A stretch of DNA of 62,279 bases, counting the filler, from Basidiobolus ranarum (taxonomy: Eukaryota): NCBI GenBank assembly GCA_040143965.1. It is 28 parts of 28 records of this genome, joined end to end, with 100 filler letters (N's around TTAATTAATTAA, not from the genome) between each part and the next. Parts side by side here need not be neighbours in the genome. Positions count along the whole stretch, not along the records: positions 11,185 to 13,318 come from JASJQH010010609.1; positions 13,419 to 15,551 come from JASJQH010010610.1; positions 15,652 to 17,784 come from JASJQH010010611.1; positions 17,885 to 20,016 come from JASJQH010010612.1; positions 20,117 to 22,248 come from JASJQH010010613.1; positions 22,349 to 24,479 come from JASJQH010010614.1; 22 more parts are not named here. One strand, written 5' to 3'. The notes below the pieces were generated by a model. The model ran no database searches and was not told the DNA's origin. It saw only the letters and a program-made list of their open reading frames with translations. Position numbers and translations under genes: made by a program. Positions 11,640-24,479 of this stretch are shown here, one piece after another; position 1 is the first letter of the stretch, and every line of letters begins with the position of its first letter.

Positions 11640-13318
11640 TGTTGATAGATAGTTCTAGATTACAAATATGGCCTAATTCCAGTATCTATTTCCAATGTAT
11701 CTTTTTCCAAGTTGGTCTGAGTACTTGTTAGCTCAAGATTGGTTTCAGAACTTGCTAACTCAGAATTTGAGTTATTGACAAATTGATTTTCAGCCAAAAT
11801 CAAATTCCCTTGATTAGAAGATTTGAGATTTTCTTTAATGAATATCGTATCTCTGGAGTTGATGATTTGATTTGTGCCAGCAATTAGGAGATGGTAGCCT
11901 TTGTTCTGATATCCTAATAGGATACATTTAATTTCCTTTTTGTCCAATTTCCTATGCTAGGGTTTAGGAATATGAGCACATACTATTGATTCAAAAATTC
12001 CAAGGTGATTCAGATTAGGCTTGTTTGCAGTCCAGATTTCAATAGGAGTTTTTGAGTCATGGTTGCTATATGTTGGACTTCTATTTTGGAGATATGTAGC
12101 TGTTAAAATAGCTTCACCCCAATGGGTCTAAGGCAGATCTGAATGAATCAGTATTGTACATGCTTTCTCTACTAAAGTCCTATTTATCCTTTCTGCAACT
12201 CCATTTTGTTCTGAACTATATGTAATAGTAAATTGCTGCTGAATTCCCTTTTGTTGAAAAAAGCTAAATATCTTTATACTACCAATATTAAGTTTCATAC
12301 AGATCATCATCCAGTCATGCTCGATAATAAGTTGGTGGGAACAATAGATAATAACGGTACTTATGACCTTACTAAATCCAAAATTGGAGAAGCTCAAATC
12401 TATGGTCTTATTTAAAGATTTTTTTTTTAAAAAATTCAAAAGGTATAAAACTAACTAGATATAGTATAATACCAATATTAAATATTTTTAAGATTGATAC
12501 TAATATAAATTATATAATTATATATACATAAAGAAAAATACGTTCCTAATGAAATGTTCTGTAAATTCAGAAAGAATACAGAATTTTATTTTCATAAGGA
12601 GCTTTTCTTCTCTTTTCTTCATATATATCTATATATAATTTATATCTACCAACCTTATCCTTTATCTCTGACCTTATTGAATATTTTAACATTAGAATAA
12701 TTTTATGTGCAAAATGTATTTTGTCCTTTTAAAAATCAATATTATATTGATATAGTTTAAAATATTTTTTTATCTTAAAATGCTAATCATGGCTTCATTG
12801 CTAAATTCAGTTCCAATATCACTGTGTAGGTATTTGATTTTTCTTCCTGTTATGGTTGTGACCATTGAAACACTTCTCCTTTGCTTGACAGAAGATATGA
12901 AACTGTCAAGTGCAATTTATCTTAAATAAAGATGAGTAAATATTGTCACTTACTTGGTGTCAGAGTTTGCATTGGTCCACATAAGTCTGTATGAATATAA
13001 TCCAATAAATCTTTGGCTTTGCTAGCTCCTTCTTTTGTATATTGTTTTCTGGTGATTTTCCCCTGAATACAGATTTCACATTTAGTAATATCTGAGGGCT
13101 TAAGATCAATTCCAGTACATAGGCTATTTTTATATAATAGTTTCACACTATTATAGTTTCAATGACCCAAGTGCTGATGCCAAGTCATCAAGTTTCCGGA
13201 AGTAATTGTTGCAAAGTTAGAAACAGTCTCAGTTATTGGTGCAATATCCAGGTGATATAGATTCCCAATTCTTGTTCCAGTTGCTACTATCAAGTCCTTT
13301 GATTTGTATATGGTTGCT
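11640..13318 (-). mobile_element. Copia GAG-pre-integrase/integrase pseudogene interrupted by a ~520-bp AT-rich insert
   Basis: WHQHLGH, CEIC, IHTDLCGPM, EQNGVAERINRTLVEKA and CILLGY motifs. Confidence 0.9.
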
Positions 13319-13418
13319 NNNNNNNNNNNNNNNNNNNNNNNNNNNNNNNNNNNNNNNNNNNNTTAATTAATTAANNNNNNNNNNNNNNNNNNNNNNNNNN
13401 NNNNNNNNNNNNNNNNNN

Positions 13419-15551
13419 GAGCACATTGAAGAGAGCCCTTTGTTGGCAGGTTAATATACTCTGGAGTCTCCTTAACCCATTGCATTACATCCATCACTGA
13501 TTTTACTGATACATTGTTAATCAGATTAGAATATGGTAATACTGATAACTTACTCTGTGTCTATGCATTAATATACTTGATGGATATCACTACCAGAATC
13601 TGAAAAGTCAAGGTTTCTTTGAGAACATGTATGATCATGCATTTACAATGGCTCCGGATGGTTTCTTGCTAAACAAATATACCATTGTAAAGACTTGCTT
13701 GCCAATAATTTTAATCAGCTTAAATCTTCTTCCTCTGAATGGTATAAGAGTCATAATATTTTGATACTATCCTCATATCTGGACCTAAATCACCAGTGCT
13801 TATAGATAGCTTTTTTGACCCATGATTGCGGAATTTAATGGTCATCTAATGTGGTTCAGATGGGTGAATATTTAATTAAAGCTAATACCATTGTATTTAT
13901 TAGCGACACTGCTGCCATCAGTAAACTTGGAGGTTTTTGTTGGTACAAAGCACTATCTTGTGGCAGATTTTGTCAAATCAATGGAGTCTACGCAATCCGG
14001 CAAACACATTACTACAATTCAAATACAATACTAAACTCCATGATTAACATCAAGAGCTTGGTCAGATTTCAATACAATCATCAATATTAATTCACCAAAT
14101 AGTCAGTCTAACATAAAACTTAGTATCAGCTGTAAGCCTAAGATTATATTGCTAAAGGGGTTCAGTTGGAGCCAGAGCTTCCCATTAGGCACCATGCACT
14201 TACTATTAAACAACATTCTGATACTATTTACCCAGCTATATAGTGGAAAACTCAATATGAATGAGCCATTTAAGATAGGATCAAAGTTTGAATTGATTTG
14301 GAAACTGCATGGAAACGTTAAGATACAATCATATTTTACCAGGCCTCCCATCAATATCAACTCATCTAGGTGCTTATTCAAATCCCAAGACTGGAAGTTT
14401 TGCATTTGTATATATCCAAGTGGAATCTTGAAAAGATTTCTGCCTGATAAGTATTGGCAACATTGGGAGTTGTTTGTAGATATTGTTAATACATTCTTAT
14501 GCCATCAACTCACTTTGGCAGATCTCAGGCAGATACAGCAACTGTGCAAATATTTTGTAATTGGATATGCAAAACTCTATTACAGGCTTAAAGAAGATAA
14601 AATGATTCTATGCTGGGATTCAACACACTCCCTGCTGCATCTTTCCTAATGCTTAAAGATTATAGGCCCTTGCTATGCATTTTGGGAGTTCCTAATGGAG
14701 TGCACCAGTGGTGAAATGATGCTCTGTATGAAATAGTCAGTATTACAATATGTTAATATGATCAATAATGTATCAGCAAAATCAGTGGTTGATGTAATGC
14801 AATGGATTAAAGAGACTCCAGAGTATATTAACATTTCAACAAAGGGCTCTTTTCAATGTGCTCATGGGTTTTCACATTGTTCAAGAACAATAACAGCAAC
14901 AAAGCTCAATCCATGGACACAGAGAAAGTGCCTTTATAATTAGGACTAATTTATTTGTGTAATAATCTGCCGGTACTTTTAGGAAAATTGCAAGGCAGAC
15001 TTCCTGGTGAGATAGATGGAGATGTGCAGTATTATTGTTTTAGCCATGAGGTAATCTATTCAAGTAATGACACATCTACTTGTGGCATGACATTTGTTGA
15101 CTGCAAGTCAGGGATATATTGGCTGAATACTTTACAGAAACTTGCCAAAGTCCAAGAGCTAATTCCAATTGTGAATGGTAACAAGTATTAGCTATTTGCC
15201 AAGTGTCAGTGCTGTTTGAAATTTCAGATGTTAAGCCATTGTTCACTATTAGTTGGCTGGTAAAGCATATTGATGTTGTTAAGTTATGTCTGATCAGTCA
15301 AGTAAGTGCATATGTAGAGACTAAATACAACAAGATTCTTGTGTTTTTTGATTCTCATTATGGCTGGAATACAAAGCTTATGTTCAATCTAATCTTAGCA
15401 ACCAGATGTTTGTTGGTTTTCTTACCCTTTTACCACAGTTGATTGGCAACTGTTGATTGCCACAGACATGGTACAAGTGGAAAATACTTGTTAAGTGTAT
15501 GACTTATATTCCTTCTGTAATTAGACTACCTTCAAGTCCAAATGGATTTTT
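13419..15551 (+). mobile_element. Rearranged CACTA/EnSpm transposase pseudogene
   Basis: DTAAISKLGGF..CRFCQING, FPLGTMHLL, LPDKYWQHW and HSLLHL motifs; inverted piece at 13419-13555. Confidence 0.85.
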
Positions 15552-15721
15552 NNNNNNNNNNNNNNNNNNNNNNNNNNNNNNNNNNNNNNNNNNNNTTAAT
15601 TAATTAANNNNNNNNNNNNNNNNNNNNNNNNNNNNNNNNNNNNNNNNNNNNGTACAAATACGGATATGAATAGCATTGTTCTGAATGCCACTACTTTATA
15701 TTACAAGTGTTTTACATGAAC

Positions 15722-16120
15722 CTAAAGCTCTTGAGACTCTCCTTCTTTCTTGGATTTCTTGGGAAGTAATGAGCCATGAATATTGGGTAAAACACCTCCT
15801 TGTGCGATAGTCACATTCGACAATAACTTGTTGAGTTCTTCGTCATTTCTGATTGCGAGTTGTAAATGACGGGGGATGATTCTCGTCTTCTTGTTGTCTC
15901 GAGCAGCATTGCCTGCTAACTCAAGAATTTCAGCAGCAAGGTATTCCAACACGGCGGCCAAGTAGACTGGAGCACCAGCAGCAATACGTTGTGAGTAGTT
16001 ACCCTTACGCAAGTGACGATGGATACGACCAACGGGAAACTGAAGACCGGCCTTAGAGGAGCGAGATTTAGAGCCACCACTGACTGCTTTACCGCTTTTA
16101 CCACCAGCTTTGCCAGACAT
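15722..16120 (-). CDS. H2A: Histone H2A, 132 aa, intronless, C-terminal SQEL
   Basis: [41 protein letters not shown]. Confidence 0.99.
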   Translation of the reverse strand: MSGKAGGKSGKAVSGGSKSRSSKAGLQFPVGRIHRHLRKGNYSQRIAAGAPVYLAAVLEYLAAEILELAGNAARDNKKTRIIPRHLQLAIRNDEELNKLLSNVTIAQGGVLPNIHGSLLPKKSKKEGESQEL

Positions 16121-16289
16121 ATTTAATCAATGAAGTATGAGAACAGGATAATTAGATTGGTGAATTTGGAAAATGTTGATGGTTCAGCATGTAATATATA
16201 TAGCGTGGATATCGGTATTAAACCAATGGAAACTCATAATTGAAATAACCAAAAAAAATATATTATTCAGTCATGGTATTCAAAAGTGG

Positions 16290-16324
16290 ACGCGTGTCGT
16301 AATTGAATCTCATCATATACGCGT
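16290..16324. promoter_or_regulatory. Two ACGCGT (MCB/MluI-type) boxes in the H2A/NELF-B divergent promoter
   Basis: ACGCGT at 16290-16295 and 16319-16324 in AT-rich DNA; TATA-like run near 16195 and CCAAT near 16223. Confidence 0.55.
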
Positions 16325-16634
16325 TATCAAGATCGAAATTAAATCATAGCATGGGCTCCTGTTTGATCAAAATCTAATGATGATTAAACATTCATATTTT
16401 GATTTTAAGTGATTTTTATAAAAAAAGGTAACTAAGAGATATTGTTGATTTTGTTTGAAAATTCCTTTGAATTTAATTTGTCTGAAAAATAGTATTGCAC
16501 AACATCTTTGGTTAGTGAAGAGCTTGGTTTCAAACAATTCATTGAAAATTGTTTGAGGATATTTACTTCCATAAAATACTGTCTAAATAGAGTTTACACG
16601 GACACATTACCTCTCCTCAAGTATTGATTCAACG

Positions 16635-17784
16635 ATGACTGATCCAATGGAGACCGAACCTAAACGTTACTTGGTTGGTATAGAAGGCGGACAACACGTG
16701 AAGAATTCCTTATCATTGAATGATCCCAAGATAGTTATCGCTGAAATTCGAACAAAATATGGTTTAGATGATACCTTTCGTCTTCAAGAGTTTACATTTT
16801 CAATATCTGAAGAGTTTTTACTTCGTTTTTATCCTAGATTTATTTGACGTGAGATTGTTTTTTTGTTTTTACTACCCAATATACAGGCAATATATCCGCT
16901 ATTAGATCATCTGGAATATACCCGCGCAGAGGTTCACAGCTCGTTTTTGGATTCATTGAAACTTCGAATGCTGGAGAAGATCGAAAAAGAAGATTTGGAT
17001 GAAGAACGGTACTTATTGTCTTTTCTATTATATATTTTGGAGGTATTTAAACTTGACCTAAACTACCATTAGTTTTCACAAGCTTTTAAAGAAAACACTG
17101 CCTTACATACACCTGAAAGAATTACGAGAAGTTCCGGTGAAACTATTAAGTAAACACCCGGAACGTATACCTAAAGAGGTGCTGGAAAGTATTGCACAGC
17201 AGAGCGATGTATACGCAGAATGTCCGGTGGAAGTTAAGCGTCAATTATGGTTGAATGACAATACGTTATTTAGAGATTATGTTGTGCCGAAGTTACAGCG
17301 GTACCATTACGATATGGATCATTACGGCATAGGCAGAGAGTTAAGACACAAAGATGTAGTTAAGATAACCAAACTACGGTAATATTTGCTTTTCGTATAA
17401 TCTTTAAAAGCTAGTCATCTAATGCTATAGTGTAGTCGTGAGCATTCAACCATCAAAGATTTGGTTAGTGTAATTGGAACAAACATCACTTTATACGATT
17501 TGGTTTTAGGATTTTTGAGAACCTTGTTTCTTAGCACCGGATACACTAATTATTGTACCCTGAGATTTGACTTGTTAATGGCTATGCATGAGGCGGATGT
17601 AAATGAGGTGAGAATAGATAGTGCAACTCTCTCAGATGACTTTCAGTAGTGGTTATTTATGCCAGTGGTTTTGTTGTAGATTTATGAAAAAGACCCATGC
17701 CATCAGCTTGTATGGGCATTGGACGCGTGTATTCGTACACAGTCCATGGATGAGCGTCGAGTGCGTGATATGCAGAAGTTCTTC
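16635..17784 (+). CDS. NELFB: Negative elongation factor B (COBRA1) homolog, 5' part; exons 16635-16770, 16873-17008, 17073-17378, 17436-17607, 17680->17784
   Basis: Spliced product has EVKRQLW, LYDLVLGFLRTLFL, YCTLRFDLLMAMH and DPCHQLVWALDACIR, matching NELF-B as I recall it. Introns 2-4 are GT-AG and restore frame; intron 1 is best modelled as AT-AC. Confidence 0.9.
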
Positions 17785-17884
17785 NNNNNNNNNNNNNNNN
17801 NNNNNNNNNNNNNNNNNNNNNNNNNNNNTTAATTAATTAANNNNNNNNNNNNNNNNNNNNNNNNNNNNNNNNNNNNNNNNNNNN

Positions 17885-18350
17885 TAGTACTTAGTTATCA
17901 TATAATTCACTAAGATGTTATCAATTATTCTCAATTGGAATTTACTTGGAATATTTTATCCAACTTAGAAGTTCTCAGATATATAGATTTTTCAAACTTG
18001 TGCTAGAAGCCCCAAACTTTGCACACATGTTGCTGGGACTTTTCTTAACACATTTTACATGTTTGTTTGCTTACATCTTAACAAAACTCTAAACGTCAAC
18101 TTTCTACTCAATAAATCAATAAGTGAAAACCACCAATTCCTCTAATTCTCCAAACCACTTCCAACAGGCTCCCAAAACTTTAACACTTAGTACAAATGTT
18201 TTTGGGACTTCTCATAATGCATTCTACATGTTACTTTGCTAAATCTTGACAAAACTATATACTTCAACTTTTTACTCAATAAGTCAACAAGTGAAAACCA
18301 TCAATTTCTGTGGTTCTACAAACCACTCTCAACAGGCTCCCAAAAAATGT
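17885..18350 (+). mobile_element. Copia LTR-A 3' part (to 18185) plus a second degenerate partial LTR
   Basis: ...CCACTTCCAACAGGCTCCCAAAACTTTAACA followed by a similar diverged segment. Confidence 0.8.
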
Positions 18351-20116
18351 ATTAGTACAACATACATATATTATCTTGTTAATTAAATTCTGGAAAGGAA
18401 CATAATGTCGACTGGTAGAGATATATAGCAATGATAGGAACTCTTAGGTGAATCAAAGCATCTCCTCAGTGATTTGCTAATTCTGAGGTTAGAATGAAAT
18501 ATCCTGTGATGGCACTTTTGACAATTAAAGTAAATTGCATGGCAACTGCATATACAGCAAAGGAGACCATGTGCCCAAGTAAATTCTATAAGATTTTCAG
18601 TATTTGTCTAATTTTACTCACTCTAATCTTCAATGATCAGTGAATCTTTATGTTAGCAACTAAATATTCAAAAACCTGAACATGAAGTAAGAACTTCATT
18701 TAACTTATTCTTATTAGCACATCCTGGGAGCATACTGCTCATTTGATGATAGGCTACTTGACTATAGAAATGTCAATACCTGTATTGCTCAATTTGCTCT
18801 CGATAAATTTATGCACGTGCCTTTCAAATGCACTATATTGGAGTATGGTATATGGTATTTGGAAAAACAACTTGACTTGTGGAAATTGAGCATGTTGTTT
18901 TGATGCATGACATTGCCAAAACTTGGGAATGCTGGACCTTATATTTCCAGGTCATTCAAGCCTTAGCCTAGTATACATTAAATAGTCTAATGCTATAAAT
19001 ATTGCTTTCTCTGCCAATTTACACTGAAAAATCAGAATTTTTTATTTGAGGTCAATTACTAAAGTGAACTAAAACTTGAAATATTGCATAAGCTCCTTCC
19101 TAGTTTGCAAAATTATTTCATCAGTCATCTCCAGTAAAATAGTTCTCTCAACTTTAACATATCAATCTACTTGAAGTATCATATCAAATCTAGCAAAGAT
19201 TCACTAGTTACACATCACAGAGTGCAAAATTGAATTATAAATTCGTGATATATATGAGCTATCCAAGAATTAGCAACATATTCCCAAGTCTTTAGCCACT
19301 ACAGGATGAAAAGTTGCATAGTAAAAATTACTCGAAATGTTTTACATGAAGGCACTGAATTCGCTTATCAACATATGACATGTAGCTGGATATAAGCAAC
19401 GACTGTCCAGCTATCTCTTTTCCAGTGGGATCCGTAAGCTCACATACAAACAAGCGGGACCCCGGTTCTTCACTCCCTATGCAATGATAATTCAATACTA
19501 GCATTCTAACGGTCACTAAAACTACGGATCCTTTAGAAATTGTGGAGCGGTTAAGCACGTAAGATGTGCAATGAATTTAATTGGAAGCAAGGAGGTCATT
19601 AAATACCAATTGTAATAACTCTCCAATTTACATAGTTTATTTTATTGGTTCCATATTGAAACGAACTTACAATAAGCCGGGCACTACTCTTGTTTGCTTT
19701 CTACATTTGATAATGAGGAATTCAGGAACTGGACTGAGCCTTCATATTCAAGGAAAAGTTTCATAACACCCGACTGACGTATGCAATATATCCTAAACCG
19801 ATGGATATATCTAGTTGACAGAAATGAATGGAATTCTTCATGGGCATAAGTAGCGGATAGACGCTGCAAACTAGTTGGCAAATGTCAGCAATTTTCGAGA
19901 CAACCTTAGGCATGTGACCGCCCAAAACTGACATATATTGTAAGCAGAATCCCATAGCTGAACATCTAACCTTGCCAAGAACTGAAGCTCAATAGTTTAA
20001 TATTTGATGTAACCTCNNNNNNNNNNNNNNNNNNNNNNNNNNNNNNNNNNNNNNNNNNNNTTAATTAATTAANNNNNNNNNNNNNNNNNNNNNNNNNNNN
20101 NNNNNNNNNNNNNNNN

Positions 20117-21200
20117 AATCTGTGTGCAAAGTGTGGGGCTTCTCACCCAAGTTTGAAAAATCTATATATCTGAGAACTTCCAAGTTGGTAAGAAAAATTT
20201 CAAATATATTCCAATTGAGTATAATTGATAATAGCTTAGTGAAATATAAGATAATTATACACTATGCTATATATGACTATACAGGGGCTTAGGAAAAGTT
20301 AATTTCAACACCAGGAATATATGCACAGAGCTTGGGGCTTCTAGCACAAATTTGAAGAATCTTTATATCTGAGAACATCTAAGTTGATAACAATATTCCA
20401 AATAAACTCCAATTGAGAATAATTGATCATATCCTAGTGAAATATAAGATAATTGAACACTAAGCTATATATGACTATATAGATGTCTAGGAAAAGCTAA
20501 TTTCAACACCAGGAACATATGCGCAAAGTTTGGGGCTTCTAGCACAAGTTTGAAAAATATATATATCTGAGAACTTCACAGTTGGAAAAATATATATATC
20601 TGAGAACTTCACAGTTGGAAAAAAATATTCCAAGTAAATTCCAATTGAGAATAATTGATAATAGCTTAGTGAAATATAAGATAATTAAACACTAAGCTAT
20701 ATAAGACTATACAGGTGCTTGGGAATAGCTAATTTCCACACCAGGAACATATGTACTAAATCTGGTGCTTCTATCACAAGTTTGAGAAATCTTTATATCT
20801 CAGAAATTCTAAGTTGATAAAAATTTTCCAAATAAATTCCAATTGAAAATAATTGATAATATCCTAGTGAAATATAAGATAATTGAACACTAAGCTATAT
20901 ATGACTATACAGTTGTCTAGGAAAAGCTAATTTCAACACCAGGAACATATGCACAAAGTTTGTGGCTTCTAGCACAAGTAGGAAAGTATATATATCCGAG
21001 AGCTGCTAAATTGGTACAAATTTCTAAGAGATTTCTGATTGAGAATTATAGGTAATATGTTATTGAAATATTGGGTAGCTAAATACTATGCTATATATGA
21101 AAATAAAGGTGCTTAGGTGATGCTAATATCAGCAATGTCTTAGTGTGATATAGGATCACCAAATACTAAGCTATGTATGACTATATAGGTGCATAAGCAT
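20117..21200 (-). repeat. Tandem array of about five ~198-bp units derived from the 5' (U3) part of copia LTR-A
   Basis: Unit junctions TTT(C)AACA|CCAGGAA at 20310, 20508, 20740 and 20938. Confidence 0.85.
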
Positions 21201-22248
21201 CTATAAGTCTCTTTTCTATTTTCACTCTAATAAAACACAGTCTAATATATGTATGCTTGCTTCTAGTATAAAATGTGAGATTTCAACTAATATCAAGCTA
21301 TATTGCTTAACTGGAAATATTGTGGCTAGTGAGTTTTCAAAATAGCCCAAATCATTTAAGAGCATTCTTAACCATGTTACTTTTTTTATTCCTTTGCAAT
21401 TAGCCATTAGCTATGTTTCTGTTGTTGAAAGTGCTAGAGCAGGTTGTTTCTTTAAATTTCAAGAAAAAACTCCATTACAGCAAAAAAACAAATATCCTGT
21501 TGTAGATCACCTATGCACAATGTCTCTTCCTCAATTTGCAACTGCACAGCATTTCAGATCAATATTTAATACAGAGTATTTCTAACTTAGGGACAGATCC
21601 ACAGTTCTTTTCAAATATCTGAAAATCTTCTCAACTGCTGTGATTTAATCCAATACATAATTTTGAAAATATTACTTAAAACTCCCAGAGAATATGCAAT
21701 TTCCAGGCATGCCTAAATCATAATATACATCAAACAATCTACCATTATATTAATTTCACAATTTTTGGCTTTGATTTTTGCTCAAGGCTTTCCACACCTT
21801 GTTGGTAGTTTTGACTCTTGAAAATTGTATTAGCTATTTGTCATTGACATCAAGACAAATTGTGTTAAAAGCACTTTGTTCTTTTATAACCTGGAGAGAA
21901 ACTTTGACTATGGGCTTAGACTATGCTAATTTCAGCAGCTACATGGCCCTAAACTATGCAATATGGACTAACTTGGATTTAGTGTTCAGGTTGGTTTGGT
22001 CTGTGGTGACAGGACAGAAAAATATGACCAAACAAAAAACTTTGTCAAAAAGTAGTGGAATAATCTGGTTAGTATCCAAACTTGTTATTAAGGCTCTGAT
22101 TGACCTATGTGACAGTATTTGTTAAAGTATTTGGGAACCTGTTGGAAGTGGTTTGGAGAATTAGAGGAATTGGTGGTTTTCACTTATTGAGTTGACATTT
22201 ATAGTTTTGTCAAGATGTAAACAAACTAACGTGTAGAATGTGTTAAGG
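21200..22248 (-). mobile_element. Copia RT/RNase H and gag fragments, partial LTR-A (22120-22248)
   Basis: STTGYLF, ALSTTE and WLRMLLNDLG motifs. Confidence 0.75.
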
Positions 22249-22348
22249 NNNNNNNNNNNNNNNNNNNNNNNNNNNNNNNNNNNNNNNNNNNNTTAATTAA
22301 TTAANNNNNNNNNNNNNNNNNNNNNNNNNNNNNNNNNNNNNNNNNNNN

Positions 22349-23540
22349 AAATGTCAAGATACCATCATATTTTACCAGGACTCCCATCAATATCCACTCA
22401 TCTAGGCGTTTATTCAAATGCAAAGACTGGAAGTATTGGATTTGTATATATTCAAGTGGTTGCTTGAAAAGATTTCTGCCTGATAAGTATTGGAAACATT
22501 GGGAGTTGTTTGTGGATGCTGTTAATATATTCTTATAGCATCACTCACATTGGCTGATATCAGGCAGATACAGCAACTGTGCCAAGATATTGTAATTGGA
22601 AATGAAAAACTTTATTTCAGGTTTAAAGAAGATACACTGAATCTATGCTGGTATTCAATACATTCCCTGCTGCATCTTTCACAATGCTTAGAAATTATAA
22701 GCCCCTGCTATAAATTCTGGGAGTTCCCAATGGAGCACACCTGAAGTGAAATGATGCTTTGTGTGAAATTGTCAATATTACCACATTGTAATCTGATTAA
22801 CAATGTATCAGCAAAATCAGTGATGGATGTAATGCAATGGGTTAAGGAGACTCCAGAGTATATTAGCCTTCCAACAAAGGGCTCTTTCAATGTGCTTACA
22901 GGTTTTTGCATTGTCTGAGCACAATAACAGCTACAAAACCCGGTCAATTGAAACAGAGTAAGTACCTCTAGAGTTCCAACTGATTTGTTTGCATGATAAT
23001 CAGACTGTTTTTTGGGGAAAGCTGCAAGACAGACTTCTTGGTGATATAGATCAAGATATGCAGTGTAATTGTTTTAGCCATGGGGCACTCTATTCAAGCA
23101 ATGACACATCTTCTTGTGGCAGGACATTTGTTGAGAACAAGTTGGGGATATTTTAGCTGAATTCTTTATAGGAATTTGCTAAAATCCATGAGCTTATTCT
23201 CATTGTGAATGGTAAGAAGAGTCAGCTATTTGCCAAGTTTCAGTGCTATTCTAAACTTCAGAGGTTTAGCAATTTTTCCACCATTAGTTTGCTGGTAAAG
23301 AATATTGATGTTGTTGAGTTATATCAGAACAGTCAAGTATGTGCATATGTAGAGACTAAACACAACAAGATTCTTGTATTCTTTGATTCTCATTATGGCA
23401 TGAATACAATGCCCAACATATCTAAATAAATGCATGCATGATTCCACAGTAATAAGCCTGGTAATTTGCCTTTCAATAATTAGAATTTTGCAAAAAATGC
23501 TGGAAATCAAAAAAACATGCTAAATATGAGGATCAATAGT
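22349..23540 (+). mobile_element. CACTA-like transposase 3' remnant
   Basis: Homologous to 2536-3710 (LLHLSQCLEIISPCYKFWEFPMEHT). Confidence 0.85.
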
Positions 23541-24479
23541 CTGACATTCTTGCTTAATTCCATGAACTTTGCAAAAGTACTTAAATAGTGTTGAAGTATA
23601 TTCTCCACCATTATGACTATATATCTTCTTGATTCTAGTTCCAGCTTCAGTCTCCACAAGTGTTTTAAACTTCCATAAGATAGAGAGAGCTTTTTGATTT
23701 CTTTTCATAGAGCAAACCCAAGTGTATCTTGTATAATCATAAACAAATGTGAGTCAATCCCTTTTTCTGCCTAAAGATACATTTTAGATAGGTCCACAGA
23801 AATCTGAGTGAATTACATCCAATTTTTTGATAGATTTGAATACACCAGAGCTCTTGAATGGTTACCTGGCTTGTTCTGCATATATACCTCCCTCACAAAC
23901 TTCCATTTTAGTTGGGGAGGTTAATTTGAATTATAGAAATTTGGGGATTGTTGATCATTTTGCTTAAATAATGAAATCCAACAAGGCCAATTCTCTTATG
24001 CCACAACTGAATAATATCTTGATTGAAATAAGTTGGATTCTCAAATAAGTCTTTTGGATTATATGTAAGTTTATATAGGTTCTGACCATTTTCTCCCAAT
24101 GATTAATAATTTCCATTTTGATCAGCAATATTGTATCCTGACTTATCAAAATTGAATTTAGCCCATCTGAGCCAGATATTAAATTCTTGGCAATTTATGA
24201 AACATGTAGTACATCCTTAAAAGTATACACTTTCTCTTCAGAAGCTCCAGTTAAGTGGACTTGAAATGTTCTCATTCCAATGAGGTGTCCTTGCATGGAG
24301 ATTTTGAATTCTTGGTAATAACTTGAACATATATTACATGATAGTCAGTATTCATCTTTTAGAGTTTGAGTATTTCCAAAAAATCATCTATGTAGCTATT
24401 CCAAGCTCTTGGAGAATGGCATTGTTTTGGGTGCTAGAGGAGGTAGACTTCTGGTTGAAGGGTACAGAGGATTGCTATT
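23541..24479 (-). mobile_element. Copia protease/pre-integrase/integrase pseudogene
   Basis: LWHKRIG, IHSDFCGP, FKTLVETEAGTRIKKIYSHNGGEY. Confidence 0.85.

Noticed and set aside
15652-15721. Metazoan-type histone 3' stem-loop
   Set aside because: Not visible in the 70 nt available downstream of H2A.
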